Shown one piece after another: positions 8,055 to 17,943 of a DNA stretch of 58,693 nt. This DNA comes from a virus (lineage: Duplodnaviria > Caudoviricetes): positions 1 through 58,693 of the IMG/VR virus record IMGVR_UViG_3300036900_000119; one strand, written 5' to 3'. The translations under genes were made by a program, and so were the position numbers. Each line of letters starts with the position of its first letter. The first letter of the stretch is position 1. Below the pieces are notes generated by a model. It had not been told where the DNA came from, did not search any database, and saw only the letters and a list, made by a program, of their open reading frames with translations.

Positions 8055-8377
8055 CAAGTGGGCCATGGGATTTTTTATGCCTCGCAACCCTCACTAAATA
8101 CGCTACTTGCAGAAGTGTGGGTGAAATGACCCAAGCTCCAAGGTAACAAGCCACATTCGCACCCCGGTTTCCACAAAGCCCCGAGACATCCAATCGGGGC
8201 TTTGTCGTGCCCATACGCCACGCAGCGCCACGTTTTCCGCGCTGTCCTGTTCACGGTAGCCAAACGCACGTCCGATGCTTCCTGGAGGCGTTTAGAGCGT
8301 TCTAGCGTTGGGTGCATTCACCCAAGCTTGACGTTTGCTTGCATTCACGCACAGTTCCCTTGTAGTTCATTGGCCGC

Positions 8378-8686
8378 ATGAAGTCTGCAAACACCCATCC
8401 GACACGCGCCCGAGCAATGACTCAACTCCTTGCCATGCAGCAGCTTCTCATGGCAGACGTGCAGTGTGAGGAGACTAAGGCAAGTGTCCGTGCTCAGTGC
8501 ACCCGAGCGTGGAAGGAACTCCAAGAGCTTAGGCTCCGGATGCTTGGGAAGGGCCCGCCAGCGCCAGTGCGCGACACAGATCCCAAGCGCAAGCCTCGTG
8601 CCTCCGCCTCCCCCATCGTCCAGCCCCAGGAGCCACCAGGGCCAGTGTCCACACCGCAGCCTCCGTTGTCCACGCCGCCAGCGTAA
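8378..8686 (+). CDS. Hypothetical protein, candidate terminase small subunit
   Basis: Short helical core with basic Pro-rich tail next to a repeat-rich non-coding region; function inferred only. Confidence 0.35.
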   Translation: MKSANTHPTRARAMTQLLAMQQLLMADVQCEETKASVRAQCTRAWKELQELRLRMLGKGPPAPVRDTDPKRKPRASASPIVQPQEPPGPVSTPQPPLSTPPA

Positions 8687-9365
8687 ACATTGGGTGTTGT
8701 GCCCCAAAGTGAGCGCGCACGCGTTCTATTACACATTGTGCGAACGCGCTGTCCACACCTCCAGGCCATTGTCCACGTTTTCACTCGTGCTCGAAGTACG
8801 CTGGCTGGCGGAGGGTAAGAGATTCCTTTTTCGCGTGACCGTCCCACCCCCGGCCGGCGCACCCCGGCTGCCTAGCGGCGAGCCGCTGCGCGTGACTCCC
8901 CTCTGAGAAATATTGTGGATTCTGGGATACTCTCTTGGGTAGTCGCGAATCCCCCTCGAATAAATGATTGTGGTTTGTGGGTAAGTTTCATGCTCCCATT
9001 GAATCCATGACACTGCAGAGCGTTGAGACATTCCGGAAAGTTCTTCGGGAGCAGCGGAAGTGGTCGAGGTGGTTTGTGTTGTTGTGCTGGAGCGCGTTCG
9101 TTTGCACTCCTAGGAAAGGCAGGTGATGCACGATGCCTCCATGCGGAGTTGATCCTGTGACGAGCCGATATACCGGGGTAAGGGTGTAGGCACCGGGGGA
9201 TGCGCGATCCGGCGAAAAACACGCATTCGGGGGCGCTTGGAAATGAGGCGTGAAATGATGACACCCGTGTACAGGTACAGAGGTCCACGGTAGTTCCACT
9301 CACGTCAACTGTCGTCAACGCGAGATTATGGTTGACGGTTTTAGGTTTTCCGATAAGTGTTTGGG

Positions 9366-10271
9366 ATGCTGAATTCATACCCGTCGATTTACAACTTGGG
9401 GCACGCGGCGATTGCGGAGCTTCTCAAGAGTCCGGTGATCGTGGAGGAGAAAGTGGACGGGAGCCAACTGAGCTTCGGCCTAAGTGGCGAGGGTGAGATT
9501 TCACTCAGGTCCAAGGGCGCGCAGATCAACGTGGTTGCTCCGGAAGGGATGTTTAAGAAGGCGGTGGATGTGGTGGCGTCCATAAAGCACCTGTTGAAAC
9601 CGGGGTGGGTTTATCGGGGTGAATACCTCACAGGCCCACATCACAACGCGCTGACTTACGCCAGGGCCCCGAAGAACCACATCATCCTGTTCGATGTGAA
9701 CACCGGGTTGGAGGTTTATGAGAGCCCGAAATTCAAGGCAGGTGTGGCGGAGGAACTTGGCCTTGAGTGCGTGCCGGTGCTGTTCCAGGGAATGATCGAG
9801 GATGTCAACCAGTTCCGTGCGCTCCTGGACACCCAATCCGTTCTGGGAGGTCAGAAGATTGAGGGCGTGGTTATCAAGCCTGCCGATTACGGATTATTCG
9901 GCAAAGACAAGAAGGTGCTGATGGGGAAGTTTGTGGCGGAGTCTTTTCGTGAGGTCAATTCCAAGGCATGGAATGACGAACACAAAACCAAAGGAAACTC
10001 GGAGATCATCCAGATTTTGGCGTCCCAATACGGCACCAGCGCCCGGTGGGGAAAGGCAGTTATCCACCTGAAGGAGCGCGGCGTGCTGACTGGTGAACCC
10101 AAGGACATCGGTGCGTTGATGAAGGAGGTTCCGGAGGACATCCAAAAGGAATGCGAGGCGGAACTAAAAGAGAAGCTATGGGTCTGGGCGTGGCCGCAGT
10201 TGCGTCGGAAAGTGACGCATGGACTTCCGGAGTGGTACAAGGAGGAGATGCTTAAGAGCGCCTTTAAGTAA
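9366..10271 (+). CDS. ATP-dependent RNA ligase family protein (Rnl2-like)
   Basis: Nucleotidyltransferase motifs EEKVDGSQ (KxDG), RGEY, LFDV, EGVVIK, GKFV. Confidence 0.8.
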   Translation: MLNSYPSIYNLGHAAIAELLKSPVIVEEKVDGSQLSFGLSGEGEISLRSKGAQINVVAPEGMFKKAVDVVASIKHLLKPGWVYRGEYLTGPHHNALTYARAPKNHIILFDVNTGLEVYESPKFKAGVAEELGLECVPVLFQGMIEDVNQFRALLDTQSVLGGQKIEGVVIKPADYGLFGKDKKVLMGKFVAESFREVNSKAWNDEHKTKGNSEIIQILASQYGTSARWGKAVIHLKERGVLTGEPKDIGALMKEVPEDIQKECEAELKEKLWVWAWPQLRRKVTHGLPEWYKEEMLKSAFK

Positions 10272-10278
10272 CACTGCT

Positions 10279-10839
10279 ATGAACCAATGGACACCCTTGT
10301 GGAGCATGATCGTCGAGTCGTCGTTGTGGCAGGACGAAGATGACGCTACGTGCAAAGTTTTCGTCACCATGATGGCAATCAAAGATCCGGATCACGTTGT
10401 CCGGTTAAGCGCCTACCAGATCGGGAAGAAGGCGAACAAGACCGAGAAAGAGGTGTTGGAGGCGTTGAAGATTCTCAGTTCTCCGGATAAGCGGCGGATC
10501 GAGCCGCAGGAGTTTGATGGTAGGCGCATCGAGAAGCGCGAGGACGGGTGGTTCATGCTCAACGGCCAGAAGTATCAAGACATGATGCAGGACATGATCC
10601 GCCAGCGCCAGCAGGCCAAATGGCAGCGCGAACAGCGCATGATTGAGAAGGCGATCCGGACGGGCGAGGGGTTGAACCCGAACGATGTGACACCCCAGAT
10701 TCAGCAGCGTTACGACCGCGCCAAGGCGAAGTCTGAAAGGAAATCCAAGCGCACAGTGGCCGATGAACTAACCGGGGAGCGTGGACTCACTGACGTGAAC
10801 GAGCACAACGCCAACGGCCGGCCGATGAACCCGCTATGA
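10279..10839 (+). CDS. Replication initiator-like protein
   Basis: LWS.IV.SSLW...VF.TM...AL..L.SPD...E.DGRRI...GW..LN..KY pattern. Confidence 0.6.
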   Translation: MNQWTPLWSMIVESSLWQDEDDATCKVFVTMMAIKDPDHVVRLSAYQIGKKANKTEKEVLEALKILSSPDKRRIEPQEFDGRRIEKREDGWFMLNGQKYQDMMQDMIRQRQQAKWQREQRMIEKAIRTGEGLNPNDVTPQIQQRYDRAKAKSERKSKRTVADELTGERGLTDVNEHNANGRPMNPL

Positions 10840-11276
10840 AACCTATGACCGAACAAGAACAACGAATCGCGATTGCGGAGGCGTGCGGGTGGAAATGGTA
10901 TCGGCGACCGGCAACTGGTCCGTGGGCCGATAAACCAATGCGGGCCATGTATCACCCGTTGCTGGTCCCGGATTATGTTGACACATTGAAGGTTGCCGAT
11001 CTGACCGAGCGCCAATGCAATGAGGTGTTTCTATGGCGTGAAGGAAACATTCCCGACTACCTCCACGACCTCAACGCGATGCACGAGGCGGAGAAGACGC
11101 TTCGCCATCCCTGTGAGGAAAGCTACACCTACGTAAGACACTTAGAGCAAATTTGCGGCTGGGTTCCGTGGCAGGCCACCGCTGCCCAACGCGCCGAAGC
11201 GTTCCTTAGGACGCTTGGAAGGTGGAAGGACGCAGAGCCTTACCCCTCCAACTCTGGCAGCTCGGGCACAGCGTAA
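10836..11276 (+). CDS. Conserved phage hypothetical protein
   Basis: PDY..DLNAMHEAEK...ATAAQRAEAFLRT. Confidence 0.75.
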   Translation: MKPMTEQEQRIAIAEACGWKWYRRPATGPWADKPMRAMYHPLLVPDYVDTLKVADLTERQCNEVFLWREGNIPDYLHDLNAMHEAEKTLRHPCEESYTYVRHLEQICGWVPWQATAAQRAEAFLRTLGRWKDAEPYPSNSGSSGTA

Positions 11277-11602
11277 TGAACGCCTGCGCGCCACAGAACA
11301 GGCGCGGGTTCAGGATGCCCGATCCATTGCAGGATGGGCACGGCTTCTCCGGGACGACGGGCCGTCCTTTGTCGAGTGCAAGTCGTCTCTCCATGGGCCA
11401 AGTGTTGCATGGGATTAGAGAAACTTCAAATGCGCGAGATAGCACTTGACGGCGAGGCACGGTTGTGGGAGGCTCGGGGCGCACCGAAGATGACTTGCTC
11501 GAACCATTCAATGTTCCGATTCTCCCTCGCTGGGTCTTTCTCGAAGCATCGCGCTTTGAGGGTCATCCCGGGTGCCGGGGGAGAGTCGGGATATTGGATT
11601 GT

Positions 11603-12220
11603 GTGAGTATTCAAGCCATCAACTGGGCGTTCGACCAGACCATCGAATCTTCCTCCTGCAAGTTCATCCTCGTTTGTCTTGCGAATTACGCGAACGAATC
11701 ATCCGAAGCTTACCCGTCCGTTGAGACGATTTCACGGATGACTGGACTTGATCGTAAGACGATCATCTCTGGCTTGGGAAAGCTTTGCGCTTCGGGCGTC
11801 CTAACCGACACTGGAAAGCGAGTCGGCCACACCTGCTCGATACCCGTTTACAAGCTGTCCCAAAAACGGAACTATACCGAAAACGGAACAGTTCCGAAAA
11901 CGGATGGAAGATGTCCCAAAATTCCCGATAAGCAGTCCCGTTTTTCCGTGAAGCTGTCCCAAAAACGGGATACAGAACCATCAGTAACCGTCAAGGAACC
12001 ATCAGAGGGGAACCGGACCCGGAAATTTGTCTCAGAGTTAAACGCCCAAATTAAACTCGCGTCCGAGCGCATTATCCAACTCAAGGATGCCGGTGATCCG
12101 AAGTCGGCAACAGAGATCAAGGAGCTGTGTTCTTGGAGTGCTTGGCTTGCGCGAGCATACTGTCGGGGATCTTGCGGCCTTGGGGGACGCCCAAAGCGCG
12201 ATGGAGTGCGCCCTTCTTGA
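11603..12220 (+). CDS. Winged-HTH replication initiator-like protein
   Basis: GTG start; MSIQAINWA...KFILVCLANYA...AYPSVETIS..TGL.RKTI...L. Confidence 0.78.
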   Translation: MSIQAINWAFDQTIESSSCKFILVCLANYANESSEAYPSVETISRMTGLDRKTIISGLGKLCASGVLTDTGKRVGHTCSIPVYKLSQKRNYTENGTVPKTDGRCPKIPDKQSRFSVKLSQKRDTEPSVTVKEPSEGNRTRKFVSELNAQIKLASERIIQLKDAGDPKSATEIKELCSWSAWLARAYCRGSCGLGGRPKRDGVRPS

Positions 12221-12242
12221 GATGCAGGTGCATTGGTTTCAT
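12117..12242 (-). CDS. Small basic late protein, possibly truncated (absent from ORF track)
   Basis: MKPMHLHLKKGALHRALGVPQGRKIPDSMLAQAKHSKNTAP; ATGA-coupled. Confidence 0.55.
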   Translation of the reverse strand: MKPMHLHLKKGALHRALGVPQGRKIPDSMLAQAKHSKNTAP

Positions 12243-12400
12243 GGTCGTTTCTTCCCTTTGTAGCCCTTAGCAGGCTTGTGTGCAAACTCACGCGACACCT
12301 TCATATCAGGGCATCCTGGTTTGGTTTTTCCACCATGGGAATTCTCCCACCCATAGCAGGAACCCATAAACTTTCTTTGACGATCTGTAACGGCGGGCAC
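12239..12400 (-). CDS. Small basic late protein (absent from ORF track)
   Basis: GTG start after AAGGAAAC; MPAVTDRQRKFMG...VSREFAHK. Confidence 0.6.
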   Translation of the reverse strand: MPAVTDRQRKFMGSCYGWENSHGGKTKPGCPDMKVSREFAHKPAKGYKGKKRP

Positions 12401-12414
12401 GTTGTTTCCTTTCG

Positions 12415-15351
12415 TTATCTTGGATTGGCTTCTCGAAGAAATTCCTCGTCGCTCATGCTATGCCCTTGCGGTGCCGCGTTCTGGTCTTCACCGTAGGCTG
12501 ACTTGAGCGTTGAAAGCACCTTGTAGGTTGCGCCTGGGTTTTTTAACTCGGTGGTCGCAGCACGCACGAATGGTTCGGAGGTTACAATCGCCCGCATCAA
12601 TCTCGGCATCTGTTCCAGTGTGTGCGGGGTCAGCAAGAGTGAGTTGAGTTTCGGTGAGGCTAGTATCCACGACGCGATCTTGTCCCGCGCCAGCATCGAG
12701 AGATCCTTGAGGATCGACGTGCGTCCTCCTTCCCCTGGAGTCAGCGCATTGAGCAAGCTCGATACACCCTCACCCTTGGCAAGCATCCCGGCCCCACCAC
12801 CGACTCGTTGCTTCTCCTCCCGCAGCAATTCGCGCTTGGCGTAATCCGTCATGCTCTCGAAAAGGTCAGGACCGAGCAGCACTTTGTACTTCTCCAACTG
12901 GTCGCCGGTTCCTAACGCCTTGTTGATGCCGGAACCGCTCACAATGTCGCCCTTCTTGCCTTGGAGCTGCGCTAGCGTGTCGGCCGGCGTCGGAGAACGC
13001 CTCGCCTCATTGAAAAGGGACTGCGCCACTTTGCGACGGACTTGCTCCGCAACCTCTGGATCACCCGTTTCCAGACGGTCCATTACCGATTTCACGTCCG
13101 AAAGCTTGTAGGTGGGCAAAAAACGGATGAACTGGTCCGGATTGAGGTCGGCACGGTCGCCTTTGATGAAATCCTTGAGCGCGCCGTTCGTGTACTCGTC
13201 TTTCAAACGCTGTTCGGCCATCTGGAGTCGAGAAAGCGCATTCGGGGTGGCCTTGTTGGCTGGGTTTAGGAGTGCCTCCAAGTCTTCGGCGGGTAAATTG
13301 TGCTGGAAAGACGACAAAACCCGCGCCGCCTTTACGAATTGTTGGCCGTTGCTCCCAAAAGCGTCGTTAAAAAGCGTCGGATTAGCCTTCCGCAAGCTTT
13401 CAAGGCTGCTGATGAGCTTGTCACCGCTTACGGCAGTGCTGGAACCATCGGCGAGCGCGTCTTGGAGTAGGCTTTCGCGCACCGTTTTGTGAAAAGCCGA
13501 CAGTTCGCTCGATCCGGTGCCCAAAAACCCCTTGAGCGCCTCGTAGCTGTCGGGTTTGGAGATGAGCTTCTTGACGAGTTCCGTGTTTCCAACCCCAGGT
13601 TGGTCCATCTCCCGGAAAAGTGGGGCCACGTTGCGGTCACTGAACCTTTCCGCGTGCGCTTTGTATGCGGCAGTGGCGTCATTCCACGCCTGCTTGAGTT
13701 CGGGGTCGCCGATTTCGTCCAAGCCATTCTCGATTGACTTGGATATTTGCGAGTAGAGCTGCTTTAACCGGCCTTCCTTTACCCCGGGAACCGCCTCTCC
13801 GCGTGTGATAGCGTCCCCTACGTCGGTACGAATCTGCTTCAAGTCGTTAATCGAGACGTTCCCTTGATCGAGCTTGCTCGAAAGCTCTTGGAGTCGTCCT
13901 CTGATGGGCGTGTCTATTGGGACTGTTCCTCCTTCTGGTTTAGTCACCTTCGGAAGATCCTCAATCATCGAGTCAACGGCTGATTTCAGACCCGTCCCCT
14001 TAATCACCGGGTCCATCACAGCAGGGTTTGAGTAAAACTTGTCGTACGCCTGATCGACGGCATCCTTGCTCGCGTCACGCATCGCCACGGCCCGTTGGCG
14101 TATCAAATCTCCCGTTTCCGTCATCGGGACACCTTCTGTGGGAAGCTTGTCCACTCCGAAATCCCGAATCACCTTGGCTTGCTGTGAAGCTTCGCCTTGC
14201 GCCCTCAGTGAGTTCACGATTCTCTCATTTCCTCTGCGCTCCGCGTCTTGGGCGAACTGCGCTAGCGCAACGTCCTTCTCGAATGGATCGACAGATGACT
14301 TGAGCACGCCTAACCCCCTGCGAGCCACTTCCTCATCTGTCCCAAGTGTGTCCGGTCGAATCATCCAGTTTTGCCATGCACGGCTTACCTCATCACGTGC
14401 CTTCTTGGCTGCGATCATCGGCCCCGCACCTGCCGCCACATTCTCTTGTCGCGTTTCGAGTTGCGCAAGCAGGGGTATGCCAGTTGCCTCGGCGGGTGAA
14501 AGCTTTGCCGGTATCCCTGAACGTGCCGCCAGCCGTTGTGCCGCAGTGACGCCTTCCGATGTTAACTCAGGGTTGGCAGGGGAAAGCAGAGACGTTCCAG
14601 CTAGAGGATTTGGGAGTCCTTTTCCTTGGACTACATCGGACGCGATCTGACCCCCCTTGAGAACGCCTCCCATGAGCGCCCCTGCCGCTGTATCCAACGG
14701 AACTTGAGCTGCGGCTTGACCTATGGCTTGTCCGAAGTTTACGGGTTCCTGATCCGCTGCCCTTGTGACTACGGTTTTACCTGCTCTCGCCGCCGCCGAT
14801 CCTAGAGCCCCGTAGAGAGCCTGCTTCATCAATCCGGCATCTGCTCCGCCTGTCTTCAATGCGAGCGCGGAAAGGAGCGTTTCCGGAGCATAGGCGAGCA
14901 ATCCCGTAAGGCTGTTCAGCGTTAGTTTATGCGGGTCAACGACGTAATCCTCACCTTTGATGTTCACCACGGGCTCTCCAAGCTCGTTCATCCGGACGTT
15001 CTCTGCACCATAGGTCTTGGCCAAATACTTAATCTGTTCCTCCGGAGTTGAGCGCAGCTTTAGTCCAATGTCACCACCCGTCGGCAATCCTTCTTCGTGA
15101 AATGGAACACCTTCGCGCTTTCCCATCCTCCCAAGCGCGATCTCCCGTTCATCCAAAGGAGGGGGAGCGTTAAGATTTGTTCCACTTGTCCCCATCGCAG
15201 CCAACGCCGTCGCTGACATGGGAAGGATTGGCGCAGGAGCGGGCGCAGTCACCGTCGCCATCGCGCTCTGATCCGGCCTATCCTCGGATAGTCTCAAAAA
15301 TTCTTCGTCGCTCAAATCGTGGGGCATCACTGTCCTTTCGATTTCTGCCAT
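12415..15351 (-). CDS. Large internal virion/DNA ejection protein
   Basis: 978 aa, helical, last large gene of the tail operon. Confidence 0.65.
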   Translation of the reverse strand: MAEIERTVMPHDLSDEEFLRLSEDRPDQSAMATVTAPAPAPILPMSATALAAMGTSGTNLNAPPPLDEREIALGRMGKREGVPFHEEGLPTGGDIGLKLRSTPEEQIKYLAKTYGAENVRMNELGEPVVNIKGEDYVVDPHKLTLNSLTGLLAYAPETLLSALALKTGGADAGLMKQALYGALGSAAARAGKTVVTRAADQEPVNFGQAIGQAAAQVPLDTAAGALMGGVLKGGQIASDVVQGKGLPNPLAGTSLLSPANPELTSEGVTAAQRLAARSGIPAKLSPAEATGIPLLAQLETRQENVAAGAGPMIAAKKARDEVSRAWQNWMIRPDTLGTDEEVARRGLGVLKSSVDPFEKDVALAQFAQDAERRGNERIVNSLRAQGEASQQAKVIRDFGVDKLPTEGVPMTETGDLIRQRAVAMRDASKDAVDQAYDKFYSNPAVMDPVIKGTGLKSAVDSMIEDLPKVTKPEGGTVPIDTPIRGRLQELSSKLDQGNVSINDLKQIRTDVGDAITRGEAVPGVKEGRLKQLYSQISKSIENGLDEIGDPELKQAWNDATAAYKAHAERFSDRNVAPLFREMDQPGVGNTELVKKLISKPDSYEALKGFLGTGSSELSAFHKTVRESLLQDALADGSSTAVSGDKLISSLESLRKANPTLFNDAFGSNGQQFVKAARVLSSFQHNLPAEDLEALLNPANKATPNALSRLQMAEQRLKDEYTNGALKDFIKGDRADLNPDQFIRFLPTYKLSDVKSVMDRLETGDPEVAEQVRRKVAQSLFNEARRSPTPADTLAQLQGKKGDIVSGSGINKALGTGDQLEKYKVLLGPDLFESMTDYAKRELLREEKQRVGGGAGMLAKGEGVSSLLNALTPGEGGRTSILKDLSMLARDKIASWILASPKLNSLLLTPHTLEQMPRLMRAIVTSEPFVRAATTELKNPGATYKVLSTLKSAYGEDQNAAPQGHSMSDEEFLREANPR

Positions 15352-16739
15352 TTACGGACTTGGAGAGCGACATCCCGGTTGAGTGAACCATTCCGCACTT
15401 CTGCCGCCATGGCTCGTTCGCCTTCCGCCCCCGGCGGGAACAAATGGGCGAGCGTTTGGAGGATCTCGTCGCTCACCGGACGCTTGATCGTCGTAGCCGC
15501 CGACGCTCCCTTCTCGGCCAACATCAAACGAAGCTCATCCAGTTTCACTTTGGCGTTGGGGTCGGACTCAGCCATACCAAGTGACGGCATTGCGTCCTTA
15601 ATGGCGTTTAGCTCCTGATTGGAGAGGCGTCCACGGTTGTTCAATTCGCCAAGCACCTGCTGCGTCGAGAGGCGAATGTTCTGGCGTCCAGCCACCCGCG
15701 CCTTGTCCGAAACGTCTGCGCCAAGCTGGCTCAAAACTTTATCGAAGATGAAACTCTCCACGACTGGTCCGGCACCAACCGTTCCAGCACCTAACTGGCT
15801 CCGGAGTCGGTTCAGGTTTCTCAAGGCGTTGCTCGTGGCTTGAATGTCCTCGCCGTAGCGCGTTGTCTCAGCCGGTGTCAGTGCTCCAGGTTCTTTCTTC
15901 CCGCCCTTGGTTATTCTAACCTCCGGGCCTCCCGGTGTTGCCACCGAGATTTCCTCTTGGCCATGGCGAGATTCCATCGAGTCAACGATGTTCTGGTAGT
16001 GCTGGCGTTGAGCTTCGTCTGCTGGATCAACTTCTGGCAAGCTGTTCATCTTCTGCGTGAGAGTTGCAAGCTTGTCCTTTACGGTCGCCAAATCCTCCCC
16101 TTCGCGCATTGCCGCAGATGGAAGCTGGCCGGAGAGCTTTTGCAGCCTCGCCTTGAGCATCGAAGCTTTCTCGTCGTCCCCTGATTCGAGAGCTTTCTGG
16201 TAGTCGCCGAGCGATTGTGTGAATGCATCCAAGTGCGGGCTTTGAACACGAAGCTGGGTGCGCTGCAACGCTCCTGCTTGCTGCGCCTGTGTGCGCGCCA
16301 TTGCTCCCGCAGCTTGCGTCTGCGCGACATTCTCCTTGGTCTGTAACGCCTCCTGGGCCAGCTCCGGTTTTGACATAAGAAACCTCGCTTGCCCAATCTT
16401 CATTGCCGCCTTCGGATTTCGATTGATTAGCCACTGATCGGTTGCCTGCGTGGCTTGCTCAGGTGTGGCGTCAGTCGTCTCTGTCATGGTGTGGTGGATC
16501 AAATCTGCCGTCTGCAAATCCTGATCCTCCTTCGCTTTCTCGGCCTGCGCCTGCTGGAGATTGTAGGCGAGCTGATCCGCTTGTGCCGCGAGGTGCCTCT
16601 CCTGCACCATGCGCAAAGCTTCCTCGCTGCGCAGTTGTTGCGCTCGTTCCGCCTGCATCACCTGCATGTTTCCGATGCTTGCGCCTCTGGCCAGGTTTGC
16701 TCCGAAATTCTCGTCCACCGTGATTGGTCCGTTTGCCAT
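15327..16739 (-). CDS. Internal virion/DNA ejection protein
   Basis: 470 aa Q/A-rich coiled coil; position in operon. Confidence 0.62.
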   Translation of the reverse strand: MANGPITVDENFGANLARGASIGNMQVMQAERAQQLRSEEALRMVQERHLAAQADQLAYNLQQAQAEKAKEDQDLQTADLIHHTMTETTDATPEQATQATDQWLINRNPKAAMKIGQARFLMSKPELAQEALQTKENVAQTQAAGAMARTQAQQAGALQRTQLRVQSPHLDAFTQSLGDYQKALESGDDEKASMLKARLQKLSGQLPSAAMREGEDLATVKDKLATLTQKMNSLPEVDPADEAQRQHYQNIVDSMESRHGQEEISVATPGGPEVRITKGGKKEPGALTPAETTRYGEDIQATSNALRNLNRLRSQLGAGTVGAGPVVESFIFDKVLSQLGADVSDKARVAGRQNIRLSTQQVLGELNNRGRLSNQELNAIKDAMPSLGMAESDPNAKVKLDELRLMLAEKGASAATTIKRPVSDEILQTLAHLFPPGAEGERAMAAEVRNGSLNRDVALQVRKWQKSKGQ

Positions 16740-16745
16740 ACGCTT

Positions 16746-17087
16746 TTATTCCAGTTGCTTTACGACTAGCAGATTGGGTCCATCGACGTGCGCTGCCTTA
16801 AACCCTAGGCCTCCCCAAAAGCCCATCGGCCCACCGGGTTCGACAATCGCGCTCATGGCCCCGGCACCGGCATCCTTGGCCTGTTGGCAAGCCACCCGCA
16901 CGAGCGCCGTGCCCACGCCCTTGCCTCTTACGTCGGGGCGCACAAAGAGTTGAAATATCGTCCCCGCAGAACGCCCAAAGTTGGCCACGCTCGCAACTCC
17001 GATAAGCCTGCCGTTCTCGATGGCCGACAGGCGAAGCTCGCGCTTGCCCGAAAGGTCAAAGAGCATGTCGTGGATCAAGAGGCTCAT
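16746..17087 (-). CDS. GNAT family acetyltransferase
   Basis: LFVRPDVRGKGVGTALV acetyl-CoA motif; FW..LGF. Confidence 0.88.
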   Translation of the reverse strand: MSLLIHDMLFDLSGKRELRLSAIENGRLIGVASVANFGRSAGTIFQLFVRPDVRGKGVGTALVRVACQQAKDAGAGAMSAIVEPGGPMGFWGGLGFKAAHVDGPNLLVVKQLE

Positions 17088-17896
17088 ACAAGCGCCCACC
17101 CTACGTCGCTGGAACCGAACGCCCCACCGCCGCCATAATCGTTCATCATGTTCCGCTGCTGCATGTAGTCGGACACGTTGAACGAGTTGTTGCTTCCTAC
17201 ACCTCCGCCTCCACCAAACCCACCACCGCCGAGTCCTAACCCTTCCAAGCTCGCGCCTTCCTGCTGCATGTGGTGGTAGATCAACTCGTTGCCAGTCGGT
17301 TGCATGGCCGCGCCCGTCAACCCACTGATGCGCTGCGTTCGTTCGTTCGAGCGCGTGGCAAGCTGCTGCGAAATGTCGGGTCCGATGAACGCCTGAATCC
17401 CCGGTGTGTTGGCGAGTTTGAGTGAACCTATCAGGCTCGACAGCAAGCCACTTCCAAGCGCCGTATCCGCGTTCTGCTGCTGATACCCCTTGTAGATCGA
17501 CTGCAACTGTCCCGCACCGCTCCCGAACAACCCGCTCCCGACGCCCGCAATGCCGCCCAGGCGTTGCACTTCGTTCTGGAAGTCCTGGCCACCGCCGAAA
17601 AGCTTCTGGATCTGGCTGAGTTGCGCTGATCGTGCCGCACCCAACCCGGGCAGAGCAAGCTCCTGCTGCGCGTTCAACTGCTTTTGGTTTGCCGTTGAAA
17701 GCTGAGACGCGAGTCCAGTGGCCGCGCCTAAATTCTGTTGATACCCCTGCAATGCGCCCGAAGTGAGCGCGCCAAAGTCAATGCCAGGGGTGTTGGCGAT
17801 GTCTTTAAGCTGCGACAGACGCTTGTTCTGCTCGCCTGCCGCGAACAGTGTGGCGATGCCACCTTCGAGGGCACCGATGCCAGCTAAATATCCCAC
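17084..17896 (-). CDS. Small ejection (pilot-type) protein
   Basis: G/A/Q-rich 270 aa with hydrophobic N-terminus; position in operon. Confidence 0.6.
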   Translation of the reverse strand: MGYLAGIGALEGGIATLFAAGEQNKRLSQLKDIANTPGIDFGALTSGALQGYQQNLGAATGLASQLSTANQKQLNAQQELALPGLGAARSAQLSQIQKLFGGGQDFQNEVQRLGGIAGVGSGLFGSGAGQLQSIYKGYQQQNADTALGSGLLSSLIGSLKLANTPGIQAFIGPDISQQLATRSNERTQRISGLTGAAMQPTGNELIYHHMQQEGASLEGLGLGGGGFGGGGGVGSNNSFNVSDYMQQRNMMNDYGGGGAFGSSDVGWALV

Positions 17897-17943
17897 CTTA
17901 GTACCCTCCTTTCATACCGTAATTCAGGGCGAATTTCTTCATA

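Noticed and set aside
8872-9378. Minus ORFs in the gap before the RNA ligase
   Set aside because: Atypical composition and no motifs or coupling; could not support a gene or an RNA
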